This document shows, piece after piece, positions 63,237-64,000 of a stretch of DNA of 64,000 nucleotides (the stretch's first letter is position 1; each line of letters starts with the position of its first letter). The stretch covers positions 2,731,235-2,795,234 of the forward strand of contig OZ242311.1 in assembly GCA_965207885.1 (NCBI GenBank). The letters are read 5' to 3'. The DNA comes from Candidatus Latescibacterota bacterium (GTDB lineage: Bacteria; Latescibacterota; UBA2968). Below the pieces are notes generated by a model. It did not search any database. It was given only the letters and a program-made list of their open reading frames with translations, and was not told the origin of the DNA. The position numbers were made by a program, and so were the translations under genes.

Positions 63237-63464
63237 CTACCGAAGGAATAAAAAAACGACTTGTAGCTCTTGCTGTTTCTCTATCTCTTCATCTGAAAGG
63301 GTTAATAAAGATTCAAGCACAACAGGTGATGGAATCATAATTTGTTCGCCCTTTTCAGAAATATCTTTCAGGAAGACTCGTGTGCGATTGATCATCGCTT
63401 CTTGTCCCTCAGACGCAAATGCTTGAATCCCCCAAAGCACGGTCTGTGTATCGAGACAGATCAC
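63237..63464 (-). pseudogene. N-terminal half of a PIN-domain (VapC-like) toxin
   Basis: MICLDTQTVLW carries the first acidic residue and PSPVVLE the second. The ORF stops after 75 aa, just past a T7 run and 27 nt from the IS3 end. The distal acidic residues of a PIN domain are absent. Confidence 0.55.
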
Positions 63465-63853
63465 AATTCGTTCTCTCTATACCTCATTCCTTCCATAAAT
63501 CGCTCAACATCTATGCCTTTCCATTTTTCTCCTACCATCTCACCGAGTTCTTTGAATGCTTGCAATGGTGTTCCACTTTGGATATTCACTACAGACGTCG
63601 CTCTAAAATTGACAATAAACCAGGTATCTCGTTCCCACGTTGCTTCACCTGTCATTGCAACATTGTCATACAAGTTTCTCGCAAGTCTTCTCGCCATCTC
63701 CTCGGTCACTTCCACATGCAAAAGTCTCGATCTGTTTGGCAATCTAACATCGACTTTGGGTTCGACCCCACCCACCCTGATACATCTTCCGAAAATTGTA
63801 GAAGTACCTTTAACATAAGGAGATACAGGATTAGAGAACCGAGATTTATCCAT
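63461..63853 (-). CDS. hypothetical protein upstream of and translationally coupled to the PIN remnant (putative antitoxin)
   Basis: ATGA start/stop overlap with the PIN ORF. The ATG at 63853 has GAGGAA upstream. I recognise no fold. Confidence 0.5.
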   Translation of the reverse strand: MDKSRFSNPVSPYVKGTSTIFGRCIRVGGVEPKVDVRLPNRSRLLHVEVTEEMARRLARNLYDNVAMTGEATWERDTWFIVNFRATSVVNIQSGTPLQAFKELGEMVGEKWKGIDVERFMEGMRYRENEL

Positions 63854-63892
63854 TGTAAGATTCCTCAAAAAATAATGTCATACCTCTACAAT

Positions 63893-63921
63893 ACTATACA
63901 AATGTTTGCATCGCCTGTCAA
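63893..63921 (-). promoter_or_regulatory. near-consensus sigma70 promoter of the putative antitoxin/PIN operon
   Basis: Minus strand: TTGACA (63921-63916), 17-nt spacer, TATAGT (63898-63893), about 40 nt upstream of the ATG. Confidence 0.5.
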
Positions 63922-64000
63922 AGGTTTGCCGGGAATTTCCATTGATATCGCTCATCGCTCATAAATATCGGGCGACCAGTCAACGACATCGAGTTCCTGC

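Noticed and set aside
63952-64000. Possible 3' end of a minus-strand gene entering from the right edge (..QELDVVDWSPDIYER*)
   Set aside because: Only 15 codons are visible, and two frames are open, so it cannot be supported.
1-64000. Looked for CRISPR arrays, tRNA, rRNA, integrases, SusC/D, TonB or ABC transporters, FGE/anSME, and classical defence systems
   Set aside because: No spacer-repeat periodicity was seen. No cloverleaf-like or rRNA-like stretches appear in the few non-coding gaps. None of the translated ORFs carries the corresponding motifs.

Overview
This 64-kb window comes from a sulfatase-rich, probably uncultivated heterotroph. Genes use Shine-Dalgarno sites, and there are no SusC/D genes, rRNA, tRNA or CRISPR. 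About 50 genes, mostly on the minus strand, form one large catabolic island for a sulfated, rhamnose/uronate-containing glycan.

Main content:
- 12 complete Cys-type sulfatase genes, plus one possible partial at the left edge. None has a signal peptide.
- 7 PhyH-type Fe(II)/2-oxoglutarate dioxygenase domains interleaved with the sulfatases. One is fused to a PL5-like alginate-lyase domain.
- Rhamnose-linked genes: a secreted PL4 rhamnogalacturonan lyase, L-rhamnose mutarotase, two BNR/Asp-box propeller proteins, and two paralogous heparinase-like toroid proteins.
- Accessory enzymes: several alpha/beta-hydrolase esterases, two D-2-hydroxyacid dehydrogenases, a Gfo/Idh/MocA oxidoreductase, a DegT-type aminotransferase and an M55 peptidase.
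- Two about 730-750 aa PHP/DUF3604-like metallohydrolase paralogs inside an internally duplicated operon.
- No transporter, glycan-responsive regulator, or sulfatase-maturating enzyme is visible.

Mobile and decaying DNA:
- An intact tnpB-only IS200/IS605-type element sits inside the rhamnose sub-cluster.
- An intact IS3-family element with inverted repeats and a CCCAAAA frameshift site lies near the right end.
- The right-hand 6 kb is a graveyard of toxin-antitoxin and pseudogene remnants.

Direct sequence observations:
- A frameshift detaches the N-terminus of one PHP-like paralog.
- An in-frame TGA splits an EF-hand/hydrolase gene.
- A conserved about 50-nt intergenic element occurs twice.
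- Two Fur-box-like sites lie in a sulfatase/PhyH divergent promoter.
- A 19-nt direct repeat brackets 2.2 kb.
- G+C content differs strongly between neighbouring paralogs.

Functional calls rest on motifs I recognise in the translations. No database search was possible.
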